64,000 nucleotides of DNA from Takakia lepidozioides (taxonomy: Eukaryota > Plantae > Bryophyta): contig CM060733.1 in the NCBI GenBank assembly GCA_030704615.1, positions 20,708,001-20,772,000 of the forward strand, written 5' to 3'. The notes under the pieces are model-generated. The model did not search any database. It saw nothing but the letters and a program-made list of their open reading frames with translations, and had not been told where the DNA came from. Below are positions 24,323 to 37,661 of this stretch, one piece after another. The position numbers and the translations under genes were made by a program. Each line of letters starts with the position of its first letter. The stretch's first letter is position 1.

Positions 24323-25959
24323 ATGATGTCGATGCAGGAGGTATCCTTTTGTTGGGAAGCTCACGTTGACTAACTCATCTCATTGGGGCTCATGTGTCGA
24401 GAACTAGAATTCTTATTGATCGCACCAGTTGTTGTTTGTTCAAATCGGGGCCTTTCAAAGTTCTTATGTTTCTAACAGTGAATATTGTAAACGCAGCTGT
24501 TCTATGGCGACCGGGAGCCCACTTGGATCATCCCCAGCTACCAGGACGTCCCTCGTCTTTACCACGACCCCCGAGTGTACCCAGAGGATGTGTCTCCTCG
24601 CACCCACAAGCAGTACCATCAGCGCACATACGTTCGCCCCGAGTCTCCTCCTCGTATCGATGAGGAGATCCCACAGTTCGCCGAGACTCGTTACATGGGG
24701 CCACCGGTGTGTGTCATTTCCTCTGTGTCTTCGTTTTAAAGAAACACACTTCTTTTCAAGATATAAGGAGGGTGAGGAGCCCTAGCGCAGCTGAAAGAAT
24801 TGGGAACACAAACTTGGAAGCTGACCTGAACTGTTTGAGGCTGAATCTGGGCACCTACCCAGAGTAGGAAACCAAATATAGATTTGAAACTGGATTTGAT
24901 AAGTCCCTATCCTGTGTATATGCATATAAGATGTACACTGGTGATGTTTGGGTTGCCCACCATGACATGCAAGGTCCCTCCTATATCCAGTATCGTTGTG
25001 CGCCCCGAGTGTTTTCTAAATTATAGTCCGGGTCCCTATCGAACCCACAGTACGTTAGTCGAGTCCATTAGGAACTTCGACTAGTTGGATTTTTGTCAAG
25101 TTTCAAGACCGGGACCTTCGATAGTTTCAAATTTCTGTTTTCTTCTGAAGTTTCTCCTTGGTGGGAATTCAGATTTTGGTAGCTTCGAGGATGCAATCAG
25201 AGTCCATGCCACAACCCTATGCTTGCCATTATTGTCGCTTCAGATTGAAGCTGAGATGGACTGCCGGAAGCCATGGTTTTATATTAGGGGCAGGACCTAC
25301 ATGTAATGTTGACTGGGCCATGGACATCTTGCAGGTCATTGAATTGAAAGTACCGATGTGCTGCTCGAAGTGTGAGGAGAAGGTCAAGGAAGCTCTTTTG
25401 GAAATGGAAGGTAAGTGGTTTGTTTTTCTACGTGCTCTCTACCTACAACAGGAAATTTAAGCAAATGAAGTGCCCCGTCTATGATGGGCCAGTAGCGGGC
25501 TATCCAAATCCGCCCCAAAACTGTCACTTTCTCGCTCTGGATGTGGCTTCTAGCGATGTACTGGCTGGAAAACGAAGTTTGTAGATCCCCTCTTCGTGTC
25601 CAAAAATGTAAGGTCAGGTTTTTGATCGGAGCTGTGGCGTGAGTGCAGGGGTCACAGGGGTCACATGCGATCAGTTCAACCAGAGGGTGACTATCACAGG
25701 AGATGTGGATCCTTTGAGGGCGCTCAAGCGTGTGAGGCGCATCAAGAAGCGTTCTGAACTGATGAGACAACCTGCTTACAGCCCTTACAGCCCTCAGCCT
25801 TACAGCCAGACGTTCGACAGCGCAAAGTCTTACCGACACCATGGCGAGAGCTCGAGGGTGCACTCTTATCGGTACGAGGAACCCAGGGCGTACAGCCAAG
25901 AGTACTACAATACGGCAGGCGCACTGCCACTGTCATACAATCAATACCGCCGCTATTGA
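24323..25959 (+). CDS. Heavy-metal-associated (HMA) domain protein, no CaaX (predicted 204 aa)
   Basis: Exons 24323-24340, 24497-24706, 25335-25410 and 25649-25959; VIELKVPMCCSKCEEKVKEALLEMEG-VTGVTCDQFNQRVTITGDVDP; Tyr/Ser/Pro-rich tail. Confidence 0.88.
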
Positions 25960-27639
25960 GCACTCTAACCATTCCTTAGAGATTGAAGATGTGCATAATT
26001 CTTTCACATTGATACGTTGACGGCTTTGTACATACATTCATTGAACAAGATAGCATCTAGAGGCAACAGACGTAGAAATTTGTGGCTCTGAAATTGTTCT
26101 ACCCGGTAGCAAATTCTGCACAGCGCAGTCTATCGGATTAGAACACACATACTTCGAGATAGCAGGAGATAGTGAGTGTCTCAAGGTTTTGTTAGTGTTG
26201 TCGCTGAGACCACAGAACACTATCACTGCAAATCTAGAGGATGTGTACAGTAGTTAGTCAATTCTAAGTTTGCCATCCTTGTTATGTAATCATACTCATT
26301 TTTTTCAATAAAACTGTACAGTGTATATACAACTCTGGTCTACATAGTGAAGTCAAAAGGCTGCATTTCCTTGTCCAGAGATAATGCTCAGGACTCCTTC
26401 ACACTTCACCTGTACCCCTTGATTGGATGGGGAGGTGGGTAGGGTGAGGGGCAGAAGAGATCCCAGGCCGGGACAATCTTAGATCCATCCAAAGAAATTT
26501 TATTAGGGGTGGTCAGGCACAGTGGTCTCATTTGGTGAGCCATGCTGCCAGCAGGAGCTTCCCTTGGAACAAGAGTTCATGGTTTGTTGGGCCTCTCACA
26601 ATCTCTTTTGCAGGTGGGATTTGGGGGTTGGTAGGTTAAAGTGGGCATTTCCTGCCTCCTGTTTGTTTTCTTCCTCCTCCAAGGGTTCTTGGTTCTATTG
26701 AGTAAATCTCTTCCTTTTCCCTGTGGGACAAAAAGAAAAGAAAATGGCTGCATTGCATGTTCTTTACTTGTGTATGTCACATCGCACAGAAATCTCGTGA
26801 CTGAAATCTCATGATTGAGCAATCAGTGAGGGACAAACTTTGGAGTTCTGCAACCATTGTCTCCCCAGTCAGTGGCTGTTAAACTGAGTCTGTCTACGGT
26901 CAGCTGGAGATCCAATGCACAAGTGTTTGGATCTACCACTATGATTGAGCATGTTAAAAATTTACTTTCCAGGAAGAGTCCGGACAACTAGGTGGTTGTG
27001 GATCAGCAGTGTGGCCAGCACCTATTGTTTTGCAGTAGCTCTGTGGTTGTTTCTTTAAAAATGTGCCAAGGGAACCTTCGACCTTATGTATTACAGCAAA
27101 TTCTTTCTGCAACTTTAGGCTGTTGGAATGCTGGAATGTGACCTGATAGGGTGTAACTGCCTATGGTTAGTTCCTTAGAACTTCCGAGAACTTCTGAGTT
27201 TCAAGGGCATTTGCATCTACGACAGGACTCCACTGATGAATTGCTGACAATGAGGTAAGTTAGTGATAGCTTAACCCATGGCCCGTCCATGGAATGAGGA
27301 GAATGAAGCAACTTCTCAAAGCTTTGACATTGATTATAAGCAAAATTTACACATCTTGTCATGAGAAAAAAAGTTCTGCAAGGGCTTCAGGCAGGCTTCA
27401 GAGATTATGATAAAATAGGGTTTTAACCAACAAGAGAGGCTTCAGATTTAGTGTGAAGTCTGCCGCTCTAGTAGAACCCTGGCGAGGTTTCCACTTTCTC
27501 TGGCTTAGTTTGAAGCAGGGCGTCCTACAAGTACCTAATTGAGAAGATGGGTCATTCGTCCCTTTGTCTTGTTTGTCATTTGGGGGGTTGCTGAAACTGC
27601 AAGGCGGAAGCAAGATGCACTGCGAAGGCGACAGGCACA

Positions 27640-28070
27640 AGTGGGTGGAAACGCTTTATCTTTGAGTGATCTCGAGTTCGTAGCATTCTTGACTGAGGAG
27701 GGTACGATTGCAGATTGCAGCAAACCTGACTCGAAGGCAAGTGTGTATGCCATTTTTTATGAGGAAAAGATTCTATATTACGTTGGTGTCTCAAGACAGG
27801 CTTATGAGAGTATGAGGCTACGCTTTGCACGCAAGCCGCTACAATGCTGGTATGTGAAGGTGTAGAATAAGAACCGTCCAGCCGAGCTCTACTTGAAAGC
27901 ATTCGAGACAAATGGATCTCTGAGAATGGTGCAGTTCCCAGCGGAAATGACAATGGGAAGTTGCAAAATATTTAGGAGAACCCACTGGATTGCAAACCTC
28001 TCATGAGAGAAGAAGAGAAGCTGAAGGTTGAAGAGGCAGAGGACGTTGTTAAGAACAGGAAGAAGCGGGA
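27640..28070 (+). pseudogene. GIY-YIG domain pseudogene (GRXS16 N-terminal / cyanobacterial GIY-YIG-like)
   Basis: SVYAIFYEEKILYYVGVSR...PSRALLESIRDKWISENGAVPSGN...ENPLDCKPLM, read through two in-frame stops; no introns seen. Confidence 0.7.
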
Positions 28071-29130
28071 GCGGCGATGTCTCGGTAGAGCAACCTGACG
28101 GTAGAGATGTGAAAGAGAATGTGGAGAAGTCGACAGGTTGGGCACTGTCAGCTCAGGAAGAGACCATTCAGAGAGAGCTTGAGCGTGAAAGAAACAGGGC
28201 ACAACTCTCGTAAGTTTCCAAGCATCTACTTAGAAATTCCAGAAATCCACTTGGAAATTATGTTCAGCAATAATAACACACCTTGTAAGCTGCCAGGTCA
28301 TAGGTGTGAGGAATGAGGAATCGCCGGTCCATTTAGTTCCATTTAGTATACCAAAACATTTTGTCTGCCTAGTATGGTGTATTTGGAGGAGGATTAAAAG
28401 CAGAATTCTACGCCTAATGCCACTAGCACATTGTGCCATTTGCACTAGCACATTATGAAACATAGGTAATGTGTTTGATTAGGACTTGCAAGCCAATGAG
28501 AGGGCATCAGACACAATCCTTTACGTTATGGAATGGGCCATTATAGTGGTTTCGGCGATGGTGGTTTCGGCGGCAGCTCGCAAGTCGCCACCACTTTACC
28601 GGCCACAATGGCATGTTGTGGCCCATTCCATAGTACGTAATTTGCTTTGGCTCGAAATTCTGGCCTTTTCGGGGGTCAGATTATATGCCATAATCTGTCC
28701 GGAATGCTCTGCCATGAAGTGGCCTTCCACCATGTGCACGTAGCTCAAGAACACCCTAAGCCCATCCTCCACTCCCTTGCAGCTCACCCCATTTATATAT
28801 TATACAGGGTGCTAAATACGGGCAATTGATATGGGATAATTCGCAGCCAATCAGATTGCGCTAGATAAAAAGCAGGCCCGCCCTCGTGCCGGACCTCACG
28901 CCAGTGAATGCCCTGGGCCGGGCATTCCCCCTCACCTGACGCAAGGAGCTTCTACCAACGCAAGTTGTCCTCACGCTCACTCTCCTGCACTATCCCAGAC
29001 AACGTGGCTCCCAATGGACGTACCTAATACATACCTGGGAAGTGGTTGTGGTTCCAATCCACCGATAAGTGTCACAAAGGTGTCATGTGTCCCCTTCCTA
29101 GAGGAAGGCAATAACCCTTAAGGGCGAGGA

Positions 29131-30491
29131 GAGCCCGCGAAATTTCGGTAGCCACATCGTAATGACGCTGGCTCCCTCCCCCCGCGCCACTGCTCCGCCG
29201 CGCCTCCGCCCCACCCCCAGCAGCGCACCTCTAGAGGCTTCACACGCCTGGCCATACATGTGCCCCGCCCCCTCCATGTCTTTATGTAGCTCACCAAAAC
29301 TCGCTCGCCGCTTGCCCTAAACTTTTGCTTTTCCCTTTGCACTTCCCCATTATGCAATTTGGGGGAACGATAAGAACAACCTTCCAGAGGATACTCTAAA
29401 ATTGCTAACTTTAACAAGGCTCATTTTCAGATTGAATATAAACCAAAAAAATTGTTTTATCCTACATAAGGTTGTTTTTATCATTCAGACTTGTTTGATG
29501 GGTACCTGCCGAAAGGTTGTTCCTTGTTTTGAATATTTCTCAATGTTATTATACCCTCGAGAAGGTTGTGCTTGTCAATTTTTCAATTGAGTTAAGCAAA
29601 TATTTTTACCTTACAGAAGATTATTTCTATCAGTGAGTTATGTTGATGGATACCTCATGTAAGGTTGTTCATGTCAATTTTAGAATTGCTCAATCCAAAC
29701 ATATTGGTATACCCTCCGGAAGATTGTTTCTATCATTTTTTTTAACTTACGTAATATCTAAACAAATACGTTTAATACCTTAGGGAAGGTTGTTTATGCC
29801 ATAAGGTCATGCGCAATGGATACCTTTTAGAAGGTTGTTCATGTCAAATTTAAAATTGCTTAATCCAAATAATATTAGAGTACCCTTTGGAAGGTTGTTG
29901 TGACTCATTTTTAACTTGCATAAAATCCAAACAAATTTGTTTAATACCTTACGGAAGGTTGTTACTACCATTAGGTCATGCGCAATGGAAACCGGCCGGA
30001 AGGTTGTTCATCTCAATTTTAAAAATGCTCTATTCAAACATATTGGTGTACCCTCCGAAAGTTTGTTCCGTGTCATTTTTTAACTTGCATAAAAATCGAA
30101 ACAAATATGTTTAATACCTTACGGATGGTTGTTCCTACGTTCCTACCATTAGGTTATGCGTGACGGATACCTTTCAGAAGGTTGTTATGTCAAGTTTAAA
30201 ATTGCTTAATCCAAATAATATTAGAGTACCCTCTAGAAGGTTGTTCTTATTATTCCCCCAAATTGTATAATGGGGAAGTGCGTGCAAGGTCCGGGTAGGG
30301 AAAGGCAAAGGGAAAAGCAAAAGTTTAGGGCAATAGGCGAGCGAGTTTTGGCGAGCTACATGAAGACGTGGAGGGGGCGGGCCCACATGTGTGGCCACGC
30401 GTGTGAAGCCTCGGGAAGTGCGCTGCGAGGTGCGTTGCTGGGACCAGGAGCCAGCGTCATTACGACGTGGCTACCGAAAATTCGCGGTTGT
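29131..30491. mobile_element. Non-autonomous foldback/Mutator-like element with long TIRs
   Basis: About 270-bp imperfect inverted ends (CCGCGAAATTTCGGTAGCCAC... versus ...GTGGCTACCGAAAATTCGCGG); interior made of ~50-60-bp AT-rich units with GAAGGTTGTT. No TSD recognised. Confidence 0.8.
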
Positions 30492-30499
30492 CCATGAGC

Positions 30500-32247
30500 A
30501 GCCAGCTCGTGATATCGTTGGAGATGGAATAGATGAGCGGCGTAATGCAAATCGCAGCCTTCTCCCTTGAGAAACCAAAACCCGGAGACCATCCCGCAAA
30601 AGGAACACCCGGGAAGGAGTGCAACTCAAGAATTGAAACTGCGAGACTGGTGGCACCCAGCTTCTACAGTTCAAATTCAGAGAAAGGGAACAAGGCCCCG
30701 GCCTAAGGGAAACGTGCAGGTTGCCATGCAGCTACTTCGCTTGGCGATGAGCCGTCCGAGGCCTGCACTCTCTTTCTTTTCCTAGAAGTAGTCGCGTTCA
30801 GAACAGGGCTGGGGAAACGCGCAACGGGGGCTGACACCAGAGCCAGAGAGGAGCTGCGGGTGAGTTCTCAATAGCTCTTAATGGGCCGGGAGCCTAAGCT
30901 TGAGAGCTCTCATGTGGCTTGGAAGAGTTAGAGCCTGCTTCACGGACATTAACCTGGCCGTTTCTCAAAGAGTGGGAAAGGAGCTCGATCTAGTCCTCAA
31001 TGCATCTCTCTATATGTCGATTAGTCGTATCTGCTTTGCTGCGGGTCTCTGCAGCACCTCCATTTTGGAGGAGTTCATTCGGTGACTTTGCGGTCGCCCT
31101 CTAAACGCCAACGCATCATCGCAGCGATTTCCATGAAAGCTCGTGTCTCTGCTGAGAATCTGGACAACATTGGGGTCATGATTGAAACTAATCCTTTCTT
31201 TTCTGATTTTGTGGTCATTCATGTGATGCCGATCATTCAAAGCTCTGATATCTCGCTGGACTCACCCGATGACAGGGCCTGGGTGAGTAAGCATAATCTT
31301 CACCAAAGCGTCCGAAGCCCCTGGGTTTTTGCCACTAATTCCCAGCTCCTCATAGAAGGAGATAAGCTGGTGGATGAGCTACTCAGATCCAATCGTGTTG
31401 CATCAATCAAAGAAGCAGGGGAAGGGGAAGCAGTGGATTTCCATGTTGAAGAGCAGCGCGCTCACGGTGTTCCCACTAATTCGCAGCTATCTGGTCATTC
31501 TCTGACCTTCATGCTTCCGGAGGAAACAATGAACACCCCCCCGCGGCGCTCTTCCCCTAGCTTCAGAACGGCGCAGGGCGAAGCTTCTCAAGAGGTTTGA
31601 TATCTCCTGGTGCAAGAATGACCTCCTCGGCACTAGACTGTCCGACACAACAATGCGCTGGAAAGACACCTCCCCCCCCTCCCCCTCCCCCCCCCAATGG
31701 GAAATCTCCGGTTGATGGGGAAGAGTCTGACTTCAACTGGAGGCACAAGCGCGCTAGGGATTCTAAAGCCAGGGCTCACCTTAAGTTTTAGTGTTCATCT
31801 TTAGCGCATTGGGCACGTCATTAGGTTATGTCGTTTCTAGACTATGTTGTTTTCAGGCACAACCGTTATCTGGCTCTACAGTTATGGAGGTAGGAAGATT
31901 AGCTTCAGCTTTTAGGCTCAGCTGCTCTCTGTCTTAGCAGTTCTGGTTGTTGGTTGGCCTCTTGCTATCCGCTTTCAGCTTCTGCCCTAGTTTTTGTTTG
32001 CAGGCTCGCAGCCCATCTGCGCAAATCTGCTTTCTCTGGGCTCTGCGATGCATTGGCTCTTTCATGAATTCACTCTCTTTCCTTCTTGTGGTCTCTTGGA
32101 TTTATGGTTACGGGGTGGTATCCCCCCAATAAGCCTTCACGGCCTAGGGTGGTTTTTTCTACTTCAATGTGCCTTCATCCATCCTTTAATAAATTTCGTC
32201 CAGGGCCTTTGTCCCTGTTCTTCCAAAAAAAAAGAAAAAGAAAAAAA
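30500..32247 (+). mobile_element. Possible degenerate poly(A)-tailed retroposon
   Basis: GC-richer block with broken ORFs ending in AATAAA (~32188) and an A-rich tail (32225-32247); no RT motif seen. Confidence 0.3.
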
Positions 32248-32771
32248 GGTGTCATATATATATATATATACATATGTATCCGGAAAATTTCTGGTCCGTG
32301 GACTTTCTGCTGCGCAAAAATCGGCTCATATAGTTCCACCCTCTGACTAGCTGGCTCCACATCAACCCTAGATGGTATCTCATCCGAGTGGCAAGGTTGT
32401 GCTCCATAGCAAGCTGGTTCTAGAATTGGAACCACCCATTCCATTCTCCCCCACCAATGGGACCACTGGTTCCATGCCCCACTAGTGCTGAGCAAAATGC
32501 CCAAAAATATACAAAGGAAAATCTAGATTCGCGAGCGTTGTCCATATGCGCCCAATATTTTCTCACGTTTTTCTCCATGTAGTTCTTACCGAAATTTCGC
32601 GCCATCTTTGAACAGATCTGAACCGTCCAGAAAAATATATCGATGGTTGAAATATTGTGAGGTATTTTACGTGAGGTAAAGTCTCGCTCGTCGACTCTGG
32701 TGCAGCATCTTGAATAGCAGAAGGTCTGGGTGTAGGACTTTATGACTTGACCTAATACAAAATTGGTAACA

Positions 32772-33493
32772 CAGTCTGCCCTGGATAAATGTTACCTCTA
32801 TAAACGTTAAACTACTCCCCTCTTTGTTAATTTGCCCTCCATAAATGTTAAGTGTACCATAAAGGCTTCAACTAAGAGGAGAAAGTAGTATAAGTTCCAA
32901 CTAGATTATGATAAGATTCCATCTTAAACATAACCAATCAGAAGATAGACAGTAAGTGGGATACTGCAGTGAATAGATGAAGCAAGTGTATATACAACAT
33001 TTCGAGACTTGATGTGGAGGTTATTTCTGAGATACAACGAATGTATGTTCAGCATTTTGAGACTTGACATGCAGGATGTTTTTGAGAGAACGAGATCACA
33101 TAAGTTATGTTGTAGTTGTACATGCATTCTGTTTTGCAAGTCGATGGTATGGATTGTAATTAAAATATTCTTTGAAATACCTATGCAGTTTTCTTTTTGG
33201 TTATTGATAGGTAGGCTCACCCACATGTGATTGGATAGAAGTGTTCAACTAATAAGTTAGATATTAGGTGATTAATAAAGATGAAAGATAACTCACAAAC
33301 AAAGAGAGAATACAATATATTACACTTTATCTCATAAGTGTTAATTTTATAGTTTTTACATTTGTTAAATGTTACATTGTGTAAATGTTAATGTGCTACA
33401 ACTAACCCCTTCATAAACTGTTAATGTGTTAACCTTGTCTAAATGTTATTTTTTTTCTACTCCCGACTGTTAACATTTACTCAGGGCAGACTG
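32772..33493. mobile_element. Tc1/mariner-type MITE
   Basis: TIRs CAGTCTGCCCTGGATAAATGTTA and TAACATTTACTCAGGGCAGACTG (2 mismatches); flanks CA and TA (TA TSD with one mutation); internal TAAATGTTA motifs. Confidence 0.8.
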
Positions 33494-33525
33494 TATTGTC
33501 ACGTTTTAATCACCATATCAGTTAC

Positions 33526-34108
33526 ACCACCTGTCGGTAGCACAGTTGGATAGTGAGTGCCACCCAGGGGATTCTGGGTTCAAATCCAGCTAACTTGTCG
33601 GGTGAGTGAGAAAGAGGTCATTTCTCCAATCACTATAAATGAAAGCGGCTTCCTTTGTGAGCGGTCCTCCCCAATGTTTCCCTTACTAAGATATAAAAGA
33701 ACAGTGACCGACGAGAGCTCAGTTGAATAGTGCACCGAGTGCCACCCAGGCGATTCTGGGCTCAAATCCTGCTAATTACCTTGTGGGGTGTGTATGATCT
33801 TCTTCCCCTTGCGCTCAGTGCCTCAGGGTGAGGTTACAATGGAAGAGGTCATTTTCTCCCCTCACTCTACTATATGAAGGGGCCTGATTTGTGAGCAGTG
33901 GTTTCCCTTACTAAATAAGTGAATAAAAAGATAAAATACAGACACCCACCAGAGGGTAGCTCAGTTGAATAGAAGCACTGATTGCCACCCAGGTGATTCT
34001 GGTTTCAAATCCTACTACTACCTTGTCGGGTATCATCTTCTCCACCCTTCCCTTGGGCGGAGTCCCTTGAGCCTGATTTGGTGGTCTTTCTTAATAATAA
34101 TAACAATA
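33526..34108 (+). mobile_element. Three tandem tRNA-derived SINE-like units
   Basis: Each has an A-box-like (T)AGC(T/A)CAGTTG, a TGCCACCCAGG core, a B-box-like GG(G/T)(T/C)TCAAATCC and an A-rich tail; starts at ~33526, ~33706 and ~33943. Confidence 0.7.
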
Positions 34109-34748
34109 GTGTATTAGTTTCAAGCATCCCACTGGTAGGGACACCTAGTAAGTTATCGTAGGCTCAAACTCTCCAACGGACGTTGGATATCATGAATATA
34201 ACCGAGAGGGGTCATTCTGTTAAGAGCGACTGGGAGAGTTTGGGTGAGTGGTGCTGGTCCCCACACATGGGAAGTGGTTCGGGAATTAGAATTAGTGGGT
34301 AAGCGGACCGGCGAGCATATTGATGGCAAGGTGCTGCCAACATCGCACCTCGCACACACGCGCTTCACACCCGCTGTGAATCCGCCATCCCAGTGAGGAA
34401 CCCTTGTCATAAAGCGCAGCTGTGAGCCCTCACACTGACCATGTTTCGGTGGTGAGACTTGTCTGGGTTTTGCAAGTCATTTCCCCTCTGTTTGCTGCTC
34501 TTGTCAGTTATTGTTGTCATGGTCTGATCGAATTTGCATCTGTCTTCCTACTCCGGAGAGTCCAGCTTGTTGATCTGCTGCAAGAAAGAGAAATCTGGTA
34601 ACCAGATCTCTATAGTCTAATTCGAAGTCTGATCTACGACCCCAATTTCTCTGCACCCAGCGGATTCCATCTCTGTGAGTGGGTAGGACAACACTGGTTG
34701 AAAATCTCTCAGGAGGGCCGCCTGCTGCCTACTGACTAGAGAACAAAG

Positions 34749-36057
34749 ATGACGTCCATGACTGAACTTTTTTATGGTCACAACGAGCCCACCTACATCA
34801 TGAGCAATTATGCGGATCGCTCTACCTACATGCAACCTGTAAGTCCTGGCACTACCCTCAAGAGCTTTAGAATCTTTCTGTCTCTCTTCAAGGAGGTATA
34901 CCACCAGTTGACACCACGACGACAATGTCGCTGGGGAGGTCAAGCTTCCATGTTGCCTCGTAGGAAAATTTAGCCCGGGTCGTATGTTGAAAACTTTTGT
35001 GGGCAATATGCTCCGAACAAATGAACACATTCTTGAATGGATCGCAGCTGTGGATCTAACTCGTGGCATGGTTGCTCCTTGTGTCAGCGTCTTGAACTAC
35101 AGGTACCCATGTGCTGCACGAAGTGTGAAAAGAAAGTGAAGAACGAACTGCTGGAAATGGATGGTAAGTGGAGCTTAGTTGGCGGACATCTGCTTCCAAG
35201 TTGGACTACCCTATCTCCCATCTTCCATTTGATTTAAAACACGGTGAACTCCCTCTTTGCGGGTGCCACAACAATCGCAGATCTATGACGTGCTAATTTG
35301 CAATCACCAAGAATGCAATCACCAAGAATCTGGCAAGCGAGAATTATTTAGATTGTTTTTATGTTTTCGCCCCACATGGCCCTTGAAAGCTTGAAGTTTT
35401 CAATTAGCTGTCAACTCCACCGTGAAGGATCTCCTGAAAATTCAGTGCACAGAGAGAGCGATCTACGTATTTTGGATCACAGTAGTGATTTGAGTCGAGC
35501 AAAGTTCTAAAACACATAATTATGTCTTTCCATGCAGGTCTGTACAAATTTATAATTTTACTTTGACCGGGTCACATGAGCCTGAGCAACGTTCTGATAG
35601 GTGGATGGCTTCTGGATCTGCAGGGGTTCAGGGGGTTGTCTGTGACCAATTTCGGCAGAAGGTGACTGTCGCTGGCGATGTGAACCCCGAGAAAGTACTC
35701 AAATGCGTGAAGCGCATAAAAGATAGCTCGGATTTCTGGACCCGCAGCAGCCATCACGGTCGATCAGCACACGTTCGCTCAAGTTCCGGCTATGCAGAGT
35801 CTAGTGTTCCCTACAGCCATTACTCGCATAGCTCTCACGTTCGATCATCACATGGGCACTCAAGTTCCTACACAGTGTCTCCTCCCTACCCTCCATCATC
35901 CTACAGGGATCAGAGCTTCGACAGCCAGTACCCCCGTTTCTACAGCCCGTCAAGTTGCAGCCCCTCTTATAGCGAGAACTGCTACACCCAGTACAACCCT
36001 TCCTACGGGGGCTCGTCCTACAATCCAGCATTCAGCCATTCATATAGTCACTACTGA
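34749..36057 (+). CDS. HMA domain protein (predicted 199 aa)
   Basis: Exons 34749-34838, 35088-35163 and 35624-36057; RLELQVPMCCTKCEKKVKNELLEMDG-VQGVVCDQFRQKVTVAGDVNP; Ser/Tyr/His-rich tail. Confidence 0.9.
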
Positions 36058-37661
36058 TGATCAGTTCAACGTTTTTTCGTGAAGCTTACTAGGCTTTGTT
36101 CACGCAACTTTGACAATAGGTCCAAAGAAGCCTTACAATAGGAGAGGCAAGAGGAAAGGCGAAAGACATTCTTCATAGCCGCCATTGATAGCGGGAGAGA
36201 CATGTGCAGCCCGATTGCAAATTAATTAGAGTCTAAGTTTACTATAAAATTTAGACGTGGTTCATCCAACTGCAGGCCGGAAAATTGTCACGGATGTATG
36301 TGTACCAGTGTACATGATACTTCCATTTTCTCAAGAAAGCTTGAGAGCGAAATAACTGGAACAAACTTGATTTCTGCATTGCAAGCAATTGAGAATGTGA
36401 ACTTGCTTGGCAAACCTGTAGTTACAACTTTCAAGATTTAATTGCTAATGCAAGCAGTGCTAGTTTAAATCTGAATAGCTCTCTCTGGAGCAGTCAACAG
36501 AAATTATGTTCTCTCAGAAATATCCTGCTTACTGATCTGTGTTGATCAATCAACTTGAACTTAACACCCACTGACTGCGCAACCCCTGCACAGAGCCAGA
36601 TTCAAATGTGCGACGTATGCGATATTGTGCTCGTGCATGGAACCATATTGCACAAGACTCGGAAGTCTCGTCTTCTAAAACCCTGCAGATTAAGAAAGCT
36701 GTCTTGGGAAGCTTGGGTTACTTGATGCACCTAGATCAACATTCTCTTGCCATTTTAAAACAAATTTCATGGCATCCTTTATGCTTAGCTTCTTTAAGAG
36801 ATCATAGCACCTACGTAGTTGATTGGCAGGGACGAATTTGTTCCCTGCACTCCAGTTGAGCGTTGAACCAACCACAGGCAGAAGGCCTCTTTCAGTAGCG
36901 AAGTCGGCAATACTCATCCTCCACCAGTTGACCAATCGACCAGCAGTATAATTTTTAGCCCACAAAACTTGATCCCAAGCCTGTAGCGTCTAAACTAGAA
37001 ACGTTTCGACGGTGGGCTTCGTGATAAGGGTTGTAATCTACGAGAAGTACCAGAACAGTCTCAATGTGCCCGGAAGAAAGGGACTAACTAGTACGATCTA
37101 CCCAGACGTTAAACATTTCGAACGATCAAATAAGCCCTTGAAAGGCAGGCCTGCTTCCATCGAAACCTAGATCAAAGGAAGGAACAACATCACATGCTAA
37201 CCGTGGTTTTGGTCAAATGTCTTGAAGACTCATTGACTGTAGTGATGATCAGTGAAGATGACAATTTGTAAGAGATAACTCTTGCAGAAGGTGGGGAAAT
37301 TCTTGCCACGATCTCTTATATGTACATATATTCATGTTTACTCATCAGTTCTCGAGCTCGTTTGTTAGTGCACACTTTGTGCACATACATTACTCCAACA
37401 AGTGATTCAAGGTGTATTGCGATCGTTCCATGTCATGAAACACCTCCCCATCTCTTTTGAGATGTTACAGTCATATGCCGCTGGATTGTGCTAACATTTA
37501 GGTGGAATAAAGGTCCCTGTTTCTGCCAAAAATAAATAAAAATACCCTCCCTTGTAGGCACTACAGAAAATTTTGTTCTCTGAAAAGTTCGAAATTAGCT
37601 TCTACAAAACTGCTTGGATGTCCACCTCCCGAAAATCCATGCAGCTCCTCTGCAGCTGGTA

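Noticed and set aside
32252-32485. Short Helitron-like element (small hairpin then CTAG-T)
   Set aside because: The hairpin is weak and the 5' A-TC boundary is not met; insufficient support.
33526-34108. Functional tRNA-Gly genes
   Set aside because: No intact acceptor or anticodon stems; followed by shared body sequence and A-rich tails, so SINE-like.
36690-36965. 91-aa minus-strand ORF between two HMA genes
   Set aside because: Non-ATG start, no splice partners or domain recognised.
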